DNA from: Nitrosopumilus sp.
Lineage (GTDB): Archaea > Thermoproteota > Nitrososphaeria > Nitrososphaerales > Nitrosopumilaceae
Assembly: GCA_963667665.2 (NCBI GenBank)
Contig: OY763927.2
Location: 928,001 to 992,000 of the forward strand
DNA length: 64,000 nt
Direction: 5' to 3'
Part shown: piece by piece, positions 21,186-29,663 of the stretch
Position numbering within the stretch: position 1 is the first letter of the stretch
Layout of the letters: the number at the start of each line of letters is the position of its first letter
The notes under the pieces: generated by a model
The model's database searches: none
The model's input: only the letters and a program-made list of their open reading frames with translations
Told to the model about the DNA's origin: nothing
Translations under genes and position numbers: made by a program

Positions 21186-22583
21186 TTACAATTGTCCTAC
21201 AGCTTCTTTACAAACATCAGTTGTACATTTGCAATCAGCACTACAAATACAATGACCTTGCATTGCACAATCACATGAGTAATCAGGATCGCCACAATCT
21301 GCTTCGCAACCACATGCTTGATCTACCATGTTAGGGGTTGCTGCTTGTGGTGGAGGACTCTGTTGTTCTAGAGGAGGACTTTGTTGTTGTGTTCCCTCAT
21401 AAACACTTCGAGTTTTTTGATAATCAGAATCATCTTTTAATTGAGCCTCACCTCTATTGGTTTGATAACCACCAGAAGATGCGCTAGTGGTATAACCCAC
21501 TAGTTGATCAGGTGCAATTCCTTGTTGTCCTTGTGCTTCTTTTTTGAGTGATCTATTGCTATAAATAAAAAATCCAATTCCTCCAAGAGCTGCCATTCCT
21601 GCCATGCCATAAACTATCATAACTGGAAATCCACCTGTTGAAGTTTGTGAATATCCCTCTGGTGGAGTTGGAGTTATTCCTACAATTTCAAGTCCTTCTA
21701 ATGTATCCAATGCACCAAAACCAATTGCAGATAGATTAGCTTGATCAGAGGATTGTACACTTCTAACAATATATTTTTCATCAGACATTATTTCTGCTTC
21801 ATAGATTTTTTCAATTTGAATTCCTTCTCTAATACTGCTTTCACCCATAGTCCAGCTAGAGATGACAAATCCTGCAATGCTTTCATCTAATCCAAATGTT
21901 GCAGCATCAGATGTAATTCCAGTTGGATCAAACAAAAAGTGCCAGTTAGTCATTGGTTGCTCTAAGATAAAGTCTGCATTAATGAGAGGGGTGTTAAGAA
22001 TGTCTTCTGCTTCAGTTCCAACAAAGAAGGTATAAGCTTCTGGCTCTTCAGATTTTAAAAGATTTAAAGGAATGTTGATATCCACACCATCAATTAAAAT
22101 TTCACCATCAACTGATAGCCCCCTCCAACCCAAATCAACCAAAGTTCTCTGAGTATCTTTTGTAATAACATAATTAGTTAATGTGCCTTCAATGATTACT
22201 TTGTAATCAACGGATGTACTGATGTTTCTTGCTTTAAGATGAAAATCATAAGATACATTCAAGTCTGAGATTCTTGCCTGACTTCCATCAGAAATAATTT
22301 TTTGATTAAGTTTAGCTAAAAGGTCTTTAACTCCAGGATTGGATAAATCAGCAGTACCAGAAACAGTCCATTGGTGTCCACGCAATTCATCAAATAGATT
22401 TCCACCATTTGGGTATTCAATAAAGATGGTTTTTTGATAATTCATTTTAAATGGAGATGAACCTTCATTTGGGTTAATTCTAGCATCCAGTTGGGCAGCC
22501 CAAACAGGTGTAGTAGTTCCTATAACAATTAGTCCTACAAGCATAACCGATAAAATTATAGCCCTAGACACGCAAAAAATCAT
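21186..22583 (-). CDS. Secreted single-pass membrane protein with a Cys-rich C-terminal tail
   Basis: Start moved to ATG 22583 (signal peptide ..VWAAQ); late TM VMIVYGMAGMAALGGIGFFIY; tail with nine Cys. Confidence 0.8.
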   Translation of the reverse strand: MIFCVSRAIILSVMLVGLIVIGTTTPVWAAQLDARINPNEGSSPFKMNYQKTIFIEYPNGGNLFDELRGHQWTVSGTADLSNPGVKDLLAKLNQKIISDGSQARISDLNVSYDFHLKARNISTSVDYKVIIEGTLTNYVITKDTQRTLVDLGWRGLSVDGEILIDGVDINIPLNLLKSEEPEAYTFFVGTEAEDILNTPLINADFILEQPMTNWHFLFDPTGITSDAATFGLDESIAGFVISSWTMGESSIREGIQIEKIYEAEIMSDEKYIVRSVQSSDQANLSAIGFGALDTLEGLEIVGITPTPPEGYSQTSTGGFPVMIVYGMAGMAALGGIGFFIYSNRSLKKEAQGQQGIAPDQLVGYTTSASSGGYQTNRGEAQLKDDSDYQKTRSVYEGTQQQSPPLEQQSPPPQAATPNMVDQACGCEADCGDPDYSCDCAMQGHCICSADCKCTTDVCKEAVGQL

Positions 22584-22686
22584 GGTTATTAAAGTAATAA
22601 ACTTATCCAAAATTATTGATCGATATTTTTTGAAAAAGTAATATGGAGTGATGCAAGTACACTTTACAGTTTTAGGAGAAAATGGC

Positions 22687-23607
22687 ATGATTACAGTTTT
22701 AGCAGGAGGGACAGGTTCAGTCAAGATAGTAAGAGGTTTAATATCTCATGAACCCAAAGTCAATGTAATTAGTAATGTTGGAGATAATTATTGGCTTTAT
22801 GGACTCTATATTTGCCCAGACATAGATACTATTGTTTATGGTTTAGCTGACTTGCTTGATCAAGAAAGAGGATGGGGAATTAAAAAAGACACATTCAACT
22901 TTTTGCGTCAAATGGAAGTTTTTGGAGAAGAAACTTGGTTCAGAATAGGGGATAGAGATGCTGCAACAAATTTGATTAGAACAAATATGCTAAAAAATGG
23001 AAAAAATTTAAGTGACATTACAAAATGGATGTGTGAAAAATTTGCAGTTACAGCAAACATAATTCCAGTTACAGATAACACTATTGAAACAAGAATAACT
23101 ACAAACAAAGGAGAATTACATTTACAAGAATACTGGGTCAAACACAGAGGAAAAGATCCTATTGAAGGGATTCAATATATTGGAGCAGAGAAAGCTCGCC
23201 CAAATCCTGAAGCTGTAAATGCAATACATGATGCAGACATGGTAATTTTAGCTCCTGGAAATCCACTAACATCAATTGGACCAATGCTTCAGATTAAAGG
23301 GATCAGAAAAGAACTATCAAAGATGAAGAAAAAAGTAGTAGCAATCAGCCCATTGATTGGAGATAATGCAATTAGTGGACCTGCAGCAAAATATATGCAG
23401 GCTGCAGGAATAGAATCAAATGCATATGGATTAGCAAAAATGTATTCTGATGTATGTTCCAACATTATTGTAGATTCAAAAGACAAAACGTTAATTAAAA
23501 AAATTCAGAGTTTAGATATGAAAGTTTATGAAACAAAAATTACTATGAAAAACAAAATAGCTGAAGATGCATTAGCAAATTTCATCTTAAAACAAGTACA
23601 CGTGTAA
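22687..23607 (+). CDS. cofD: 2-phospho-L-lactate transferase (F420 biosynthesis)
   Basis: MITVLAGGTG, CPDIDT, WFRIGDRD, QEYWV, PGNPLTSIGP, SGPA. Confidence 0.94.
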   Translation: MITVLAGGTGSVKIVRGLISHEPKVNVISNVGDNYWLYGLYICPDIDTIVYGLADLLDQERGWGIKKDTFNFLRQMEVFGEETWFRIGDRDAATNLIRTNMLKNGKNLSDITKWMCEKFAVTANIIPVTDNTIETRITTNKGELHLQEYWVKHRGKDPIEGIQYIGAEKARPNPEAVNAIHDADMVILAPGNPLTSIGPMLQIKGIRKELSKMKKKVVAISPLIGDNAISGPAAKYMQAAGIESNAYGLAKMYSDVCSNIIVDSKDKTLIKKIQSLDMKVYETKITMKNKIAEDALANFILKQVHV

Positions 23608-23608
23608 T

Positions 23609-24247
23609 TTGAAAATAGCTGCAATAATTCCTGTAAAGACTTTCTCTAATGCAAAAACTCGTTTAGATTTATCTCCACATCAAATAGAAGATTTGTGTAT
23701 GGTAATGTTAGAAGAGATCCTACACATTATATCAATATCTCCACAAATTGAAAAAACAATCATGATAACAAAAGAAGAAAAAGCAATTGAGATTGGAAAA
23801 AAATTCAATACAATCACCATAATTGATGAAAAAGAAGAAAGTGTCAATAGTGCAGTGGCGCTTGCAGACAAGTATCTTTTAGATAATGGTTTTGATGCAT
23901 CAATCGTATTTCCACAAGATATCCCATACATCAAAACTCAAGATATTGACTTTATGTTAAACTATAAGATGCCACCAAATTTTGCAATAATTGTACCATC
24001 AAGAAGATTTGATGGCACTAATGCACTTGTAAGAATGCCAATAGATCTAATGGAGACACATTATGATGAAGATAGCTACAAAATTCACATGAATACAGCT
24101 AAAGAACACACACTAAATGTTGCAATGGTTTTTGTAAAAAGAATCATGTGGGATGTGGATAATTTCGAAGATTTGAAATTTCTATTAGAACAAAATGAAA
24201 AACCACAGATTGCTGAAAAAATCAAGAAAATTTTAGGAACAAACTAA
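23609..24247 (+). CDS. cofC: 2-phospho-L-lactate guanylyltransferase
   Basis: IPVKTFSNAKTRL, DIP, DGTNAL, DVD..EDL; follows cofD. Confidence 0.92.
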   Translation: MKIAAIIPVKTFSNAKTRLDLSPHQIEDLCMVMLEEILHIISISPQIEKTIMITKEEKAIEIGKKFNTITIIDEKEESVNSAVALADKYLLDNGFDASIVFPQDIPYIKTQDIDFMLNYKMPPNFAIIVPSRRFDGTNALVRMPIDLMETHYDEDSYKIHMNTAKEHTLNVAMVFVKRIMWDVDNFEDLKFLLEQNEKPQIAEKIKKILGTN

Positions 24248-24365
24248 CAAAATATTTCAAAAAGTAACAAAATAGAAATTTTACTTATGAGATCATCAGC
24301 AAACTTATAAGGGATTAATTAGAAAACATTAAATATTATCAGAAAAGGTTTTGGTGAATATAAAC

Positions 24366-25274
24366 ATGGTGAATACAATTAACACAAAGGAAAAATGCCC
24401 TAGATGTGGAAAAGGCAATCTAGTTACAGATGCCAGCACGGGAGAAAATTTTTGTGGGAAATGTGGATTTGTGATTACTGATAAAGTAGAAGAATCAGGA
24501 CCAGAGTGGAGATCATTTTCAAACGAAGGTGAAAATAAAAGTAGAGCAGGCGTTCCAACTTCACTTGCAATGCACGATATGGGATTAGCAACAGTCATCA
24601 ATCCTCAAAATAGAGATGCAACTGGAAAACCACTTACTGCAGCAATGAAAAGTACTATTGAAAGACTAAGAACATGGGATAGCAGAAGTCAAGTTCACGA
24701 ACCAGTAGACAGAAACTTTAGACAAGCATTTAGTGAATTAGATAGACTGAAAGACAAACTTGCAGTAGGAGATGCAGTTGTGGAAAAAGCTGCATACATT
24801 TACAGAAAAGCATTAGAAAAAGGACTTGTCAGAGGACGTTCCATTTCAGCATTGATTGCATCAGCACTATACGCAGCATGTAGAGACACAGAAACACCTA
24901 GAACACTAAAAGATATTGCGCAAGGAAGCAATATTAAACGAAAAGATATTGCTCGATGTTATCGTCTTTTACTAAGAGAATTAAATTTGAGAATGCCAGT
25001 AGTTGATCCAGTTAAATGTATTTCAAGAATTGCAAGTAAAGCTGGATTATCTGAAAAAACAAAAAGAAAAGCAACAAAAATTTTACAGACTGCTGAAGAA
25101 CTAAAAATTTCTGCAGGAAAAGATCCGATGGGGTTGGCAGCTGCTGCACTTTATGTTGCATGTGTAACAAATGGAGAAAATAAAACACAAAGAGATGTAG
25201 CTGAAGCAGCAGGAGTAACTGAGGTTACAATTAGAAATAGATACAAAGGCTTGAAAGTAGCATTAAATCTCTAA
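24366..25274 (+). CDS. tfb: Transcription initiation factor IIB
   Basis: CPRC..CGKC zinc ribbon, GPEWRSF, LVRGRS, GKDPMGLAAA, VTEVTIRNRYK. Confidence 0.96.
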   Translation: MVNTINTKEKCPRCGKGNLVTDASTGENFCGKCGFVITDKVEESGPEWRSFSNEGENKSRAGVPTSLAMHDMGLATVINPQNRDATGKPLTAAMKSTIERLRTWDSRSQVHEPVDRNFRQAFSELDRLKDKLAVGDAVVEKAAYIYRKALEKGLVRGRSISALIASALYAACRDTETPRTLKDIAQGSNIKRKDIARCYRLLLRELNLRMPVVDPVKCISRIASKAGLSEKTKRKATKILQTAEELKISAGKDPMGLAAAALYVACVTNGENKTQRDVAEAAGVTEVTIRNRYKGLKVALNL

Positions 25275-26252
25275 ATCAGACACTTTTTTAGAATAGAATC
25301 TGTGTACAATCAACATAGAAAGTGATAGAACGCCAGTAACCAAAAATAATATCTCTAATGAGGACATTAAGGAATGAGAAAATGCATCTTCAATTGAAAT
25401 AAAATTTAGATGAGAAATAAAATTTGCATATGAAAATACAAAATAATTTGTAGCCCAATGAATCAAAAGAGAAGCTACAAAACCATATCTAAGGTAAACC
25501 CATCCTAAAATAATCCCACTTACTGCAGCTTGAGCAAATTTACCTTCACTCCAAGATTCACCTAGAGCAATATGTGCAAATCCAAAAACAAGTCCAACCA
25601 AAATAATCAAGAAAATAGCTTTTTTAGAATCATGAATATCTAAAGTACCAGGATTCCACAAGCATCTGATAAAATATTTTATTGAAGATTTGTGAGAATA
25701 AATAAAAAATAACGGAATCCCAATTAAGATTAATCTAAACCCAAATTCTTCTATTATTGGAGCAAGACTGACATAAAAAAATTGGATGAGATCGTTATCA
25801 GTAGAAGGCGGAATAGTTACAATTCCAAATCCCTCTTGAATGAAATTAATCAATGCAGAAATTAAAATTAAAATTGAAAACCACGCTGTCACTCCAAATA
25901 GATAGTTAGACTTTGAGTCATATTTTCCAAAAGATATTATCGATGAAAGAGATTTCAAAAACCCATGTTTTGGACCCAGCAATGCAATTACAAAAATTAC
26001 AAGATAAAAAGTCCACAATATAACAAACATATCACCAATACTGATATCAATTTCTGCTCGATACATTTCTGTTCCATCAAAAATATCTAAATGAGTAAGA
26101 GGATATTCATAATTGATATCTCCACCAATTTCACTTTCAAAAACAACAAAAAGTCCTATCGGAAAAGAAACAAGAAGTAAACCAAAAATTACAGACAATA
26201 ATGCAGTGAAAGGAATTCCAAGAGCTTGAATAATTTTGTTTGAATTTTGCAA
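25263..26252 (-). CDS. CPBP (CAAX/Abi) intramembrane glutamic protease
   Basis: APIIEEFGFR, FGFAH, HWATN. Confidence 0.88.
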   Translation of the reverse strand: MQNSNKIIQALGIPFTALLSVIFGLLLVSFPIGLFVVFESEIGGDINYEYPLTHLDIFDGTEMYRAEIDISIGDMFVILWTFYLVIFVIALLGPKHGFLKSLSSIISFGKYDSKSNYLFGVTAWFSILILISALINFIQEGFGIVTIPPSTDNDLIQFFYVSLAPIIEEFGFRLILIGIPLFFIYSHKSSIKYFIRCLWNPGTLDIHDSKKAIFLIILVGLVFGFAHIALGESWSEGKFAQAAVSGIILGWVYLRYGFVASLLIHWATNYFVFSYANFISHLNFISIEDAFSHSLMSSLEILFLVTGVLSLSMLIVHRFYSKKVSDLEI

Positions 26253-26258
26253 TTCGTT

Positions 26259-26567
26259 CTAATGTAATTCTATGCTATCTTCAGAAAATCCCAATCCAAT
26301 CAAAGTATCTTTAATGGTATCTCTATGATCACCCTGTAAGAAGATGTACCCTTCTTTTGCTGTTCCGCCACAAGCGTATTTATTTTTAAGATCTCTGGCA
26401 ACACTTTCTAAGTTGTTTAGTTTAGGATCTAATCCCTCAATCATAGTGCCTTTTTTTCTAAATCGTCTGGTTTCTAATCGAATTATAATTTTTGTACTGT
26501 CTTTGGCAAGTTCACCACAAGCACACAAGTCATCTGGAAGACCACAAGTATTACAAATTACTGCCAT
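26259..26567 (-). CDS. Translation initiation factor aIF1 (SUI1/YciH)
   Basis: CGLPDDLCAC, LKNKYACGGT, LQGDHR. Confidence 0.93.
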   Translation of the reverse strand: MAVICNTCGLPDDLCACGELAKDSTKIIIRLETRRFRKKGTMIEGLDPKLNNLESVARDLKNKYACGGTAKEGYIFLQGDHRDTIKDTLIGLGFSEDSIELH

Positions 26568-26671
26568 ACGTTCGATAGAAATTCACTATTACGCACTATT
26601 AAGCCTTGTTTGAATATCAATTAAAAATTAAAAATAATGATATTTTTTAGATAGAAAATCAAAGAGAAATA

Positions 26672-26998
26672 GTGTCAAAAGATCTCACAAAAAAAGCTGC
26701 TGAAATATTGCTCAAAGGCGGAACATTACTCAGTGAACATTGCCCATATTGTAAAGGAGTGAGAGTGATGAAAGACGGTCATGCATTATGTATCAATTGT
26801 GGACGTGAACCTGAAAAAAAAGACATTCCAAATGAAAAAACCCCACAAAAAACAAAATCAAATTTAGAAGAAACTTTAGAAAGAAAGATAGAATCATTAT
26901 CAAAAGAACTTGAACAAGAAAACAATCATGAAAAACAGCAAGAGATACTAAAATCGATCAATTCATTATTGGAAACTATGAAAAAAGCAAAGAATTGA
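26672..26998 (+). CDS. UPF0148 / autoantigen-p27-like zinc-ribbon protein
   Basis: LLKGGTLLSEHCPYC..CINC followed by a coiled coil. Confidence 0.82.
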   Translation: MSKDLTKKAAEILLKGGTLLSEHCPYCKGVRVMKDGHALCINCGREPEKKDIPNEKTPQKTKSNLEETLERKIESLSKELEQENNHEKQQEILKSINSLLETMKKAKN

Positions 26999-27039
26999 CA
27001 ATAAGGTTTTTATGTTAAAATCCGTGTTTTTGAATTGTA

Positions 27040-27204
27040 ATGGCCGATAAAAAATCAGCACCACTTCCAGCATCAAGTGGCGGTCTCATGAGATTCTTTG
27101 AAGATGAGACTAAAGGATGGAAAATAGATCCAAAAATCGTAGTATCAGTTCCTATCAGTTTAATTATTGTTTCATGGTTAATTGATATCTTTCTAGCTCC
27201 GTGA
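27040..27204 (+). CDS. secG: Preprotein translocase subunit Sec61beta
   Basis: Hand translation MADKKSAPLPASSGGLMRFFEDETKGWKIDPKIVV..; GLMRFF and IDP motifs plus a C-terminal TM. Below the ORF-track cutoff. Confidence 0.9.
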   Translation: MADKKSAPLPASSGGLMRFFEDETKGWKIDPKIVVSVPISLIIVSWLIDIFLAP

Positions 27205-27211
27205 AAAGACA

Positions 27212-28951
27212 ATGCAAAAAGCTCCAGATGATGTTTCAAATATACACAACAGATTTTCTCTTACTCTAATCAATCCATCATCACATTACTTTTCCTTAGT
27301 TGGATCATTAATTGTCGCAACAGTAATTACAGTTATAACATATTTGGGATATCTTAATTCAGAAGAATTCCTATTTAGAATTCCCTTAGTAGTTGGAGTT
27401 TTAGTAATTACACAATTAATTGATTCTAGATTTACAAAAAAGAAAGAATACTCCAAAGCACTTCATGCATCACTTTTTTCAAACCTGTTATGGATAGCAA
27501 CTCTGCTTATGGGGTTATTAGCAAGTTTTGTATTATCAAAAGAAACATCTTTGTTTTTTGTGACATTTGGAATGTTTTTGTTTGCAAGTTTAAGAATTGG
27601 TCTTTTTACAACTGTGCTGGGAGCAAATATCAAAAAGGCGTGGGCAATTTGTTTTGTACAACCACTTGCAATGTTTCTAGTATTAATTCCACAAGATATG
27701 TGGATGCCAATGCTTACAAACCCAATGTCATTAGGGTACGGAATAGTATTTTTGATCATTGCCAGTGTGTGGTCCATAGTTACAGATAGAGCTGGAAGAC
27801 CAGGAATGGAAAGTACACACAAAACAATTCAAGCATATTTAGCTTCACAAAAAAATGACTTTACAGAAGCGGAAGAGTTGATGGAGCAACGCTCAAGCAA
27901 GACCAAAGTATCTACATCTCAAATTAGACTACTATCATCTAATGAAAATACAGAATTTAGAATGATTTTGCCAGAAATTCATCCAGGACCATATCATCCA
28001 GTAGGAGGAAGTAACATACCCTATCTAATTTACAAAAATTTTAATTCATCAGCCATGGTAATGCACAGTATTTCAGACCATGCACTAAATCTACCCTCAA
28101 AAAACGAAGTAGATAACTATCTAAAAAATTTAGAAAATAGTGTAGTCAAGGAAGAAGGATTACAATGTACAGAACCAGTAACAGTTCAGATAAACAAAGC
28201 AAGAGTAACAGGATTATTATTTGGAAAAAGTCCATTATTGTTTTTGTCTTTAGCACCACATGGAATGGAAGATATTCCAAGTTACATGAAGACAGAAATC
28301 GAACAATACGCAAAGAACCGAAGTTATGTTAGAGCAATCATAGTAGATTGCCACAATGCTATGGGAAAAGAAATTTCAAAAGACAATGGAGAAGATATGT
28401 TAAAGGCCGCAAAATCTTGCTTAGACACTCTAATAACAAAAGACAGTTTTCCAATTGAATTTGGATATGCAAATTCTGATGACATGGATGTATGGACTGA
28501 AGATCTAGGTATGGGAGGAATAGGAATTATTTGTCTTAAAATTAATGATAAAAAATATTTTCTTGGATGGGCAGATGCCAATAATATGGAAAATGGTGTA
28601 AGAGAGAAGATAATAGATAGTTTAGCAGAGAGGAATTTTCAATTACTTGAAATTTGTACATCAGACACACATTATGCTCCAGTTAAAGCTAGAAACAAAA
28701 ACGGATACTATCAATTAGGTTTGATTACAGGAGCTGAGAAATTATCGAAATGGTTTTTGGACATTGCTAAGATTGCTGAAACAAAAATAACATTTGCAAA
28801 ATATGAAATTTTAGAAAACCAAACATATGTGAAAATAATGGGACAGGGAATATTTGAGGATTATTCTAAAGCACTTGATAACTCTTTGAAAATAACAAAA
28901 GGGTTTATGATTGGCGGAGTATGTCTTTTCATAACTAGTCTGTTTCTATAG
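27212..28951 (+). CDS. DUF2070 family membrane protein
   Basis: N-terminal TMs; IHPGP, VDCHN, DANNM and TSDTH motifs; next to Sec61beta. Confidence 0.85.
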   Translation: MQKAPDDVSNIHNRFSLTLINPSSHYFSLVGSLIVATVITVITYLGYLNSEEFLFRIPLVVGVLVITQLIDSRFTKKKEYSKALHASLFSNLLWIATLLMGLLASFVLSKETSLFFVTFGMFLFASLRIGLFTTVLGANIKKAWAICFVQPLAMFLVLIPQDMWMPMLTNPMSLGYGIVFLIIASVWSIVTDRAGRPGMESTHKTIQAYLASQKNDFTEAEELMEQRSSKTKVSTSQIRLLSSNENTEFRMILPEIHPGPYHPVGGSNIPYLIYKNFNSSAMVMHSISDHALNLPSKNEVDNYLKNLENSVVKEEGLQCTEPVTVQINKARVTGLLFGKSPLLFLSLAPHGMEDIPSYMKTEIEQYAKNRSYVRAIIVDCHNAMGKEISKDNGEDMLKAAKSCLDTLITKDSFPIEFGYANSDDMDVWTEDLGMGGIGIICLKINDKKYFLGWADANNMENGVREKIIDSLAERNFQLLEICTSDTHYAPVKARNKNGYYQLGLITGAEKLSKWFLDIAKIAETKITFAKYEILENQTYVKIMGQGIFEDYSKALDNSLKITKGFMIGGVCLFITSLFL

Positions 28952-29588
28952 TCTTCATTTGATCAATGTTTCCATAAAATTCATCAATAAATGAAGAAAA
29001 TTGGAAGATAGGCACTATTGGGACATTTTCAATGAAATCAACTTTATCTTGATACAATGTAACAATTACAGGTACAGATATGGCTCCAGGTGTTTTTTTA
29101 ACATAGTGTTTTGTTCTTTCAATTTGTTTTTTGACTACAGTTGATAATGATGAAACACTATAACGCTTCCAATGTTTACAATCAATTAAAATTGCAACAC
29201 CCAATCTAATACCAATTACATCAATCTCCATTCTAGGTTTAGTCAACATCAAATTCTTGATTACTGCAAAATTTTTTGATGTTAAAATTGCTGCAGTCAA
29301 TCCTTCAAAATCTTTCCAATCTAATGCAATGGAAACTTCATCAATAGGAAGTCCTCTTTCAAGTAATTTGACTGCGATTTTTAACTTATCACCGTCCTCA
29401 AAATAATATGAATTGTCTTGTTGGGTTCCAATATTATTTTTTATGAATTCATCCAAAATTGTTTTTGAATCAACGATATTCAGTTTTGTAACAGCTGAAA
29501 AATCTTCAACGGATATTCCACCTACAAGAATTCCGGGTAATCCAACAATCATTTTAGAGTGAATTTTCAACTGAATATTTTGATTCAT
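28935..29588 (-). CDS. Mrr-like PD-(D/E)XK nuclease-domain protein
   Basis: WKDFE, EIDV, IDCKHW. Confidence 0.75.
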   Translation of the reverse strand: MNQNIQLKIHSKMIVGLPGILVGGISVEDFSAVTKLNIVDSKTILDEFIKNNIGTQQDNSYYFEDGDKLKIAVKLLERGLPIDEVSIALDWKDFEGLTAAILTSKNFAVIKNLMLTKPRMEIDVIGIRLGVAILIDCKHWKRYSVSSLSTVVKKQIERTKHYVKKTPGAISVPVIVTLYQDKVDFIENVPIVPIFQFSSFIDEFYGNIDQMKTIETD

Positions 29589-29663
29589 GTGAACGATATA
29601 GGTTTTAGGAGATATGAATCTCAGGGTATTATAACATAGATTTTATTACAAGCGTTTTAAATT

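Noticed and set aside
27015-27239. 74-aa minus-strand ORF
   Set aside because: Antisense to the recognisable Sec61beta gene.
28935-29588. Restriction or defence system
   Set aside because: Lone PD-(D/E)XK protein among housekeeping genes, with no methyltransferase or defence neighbours.
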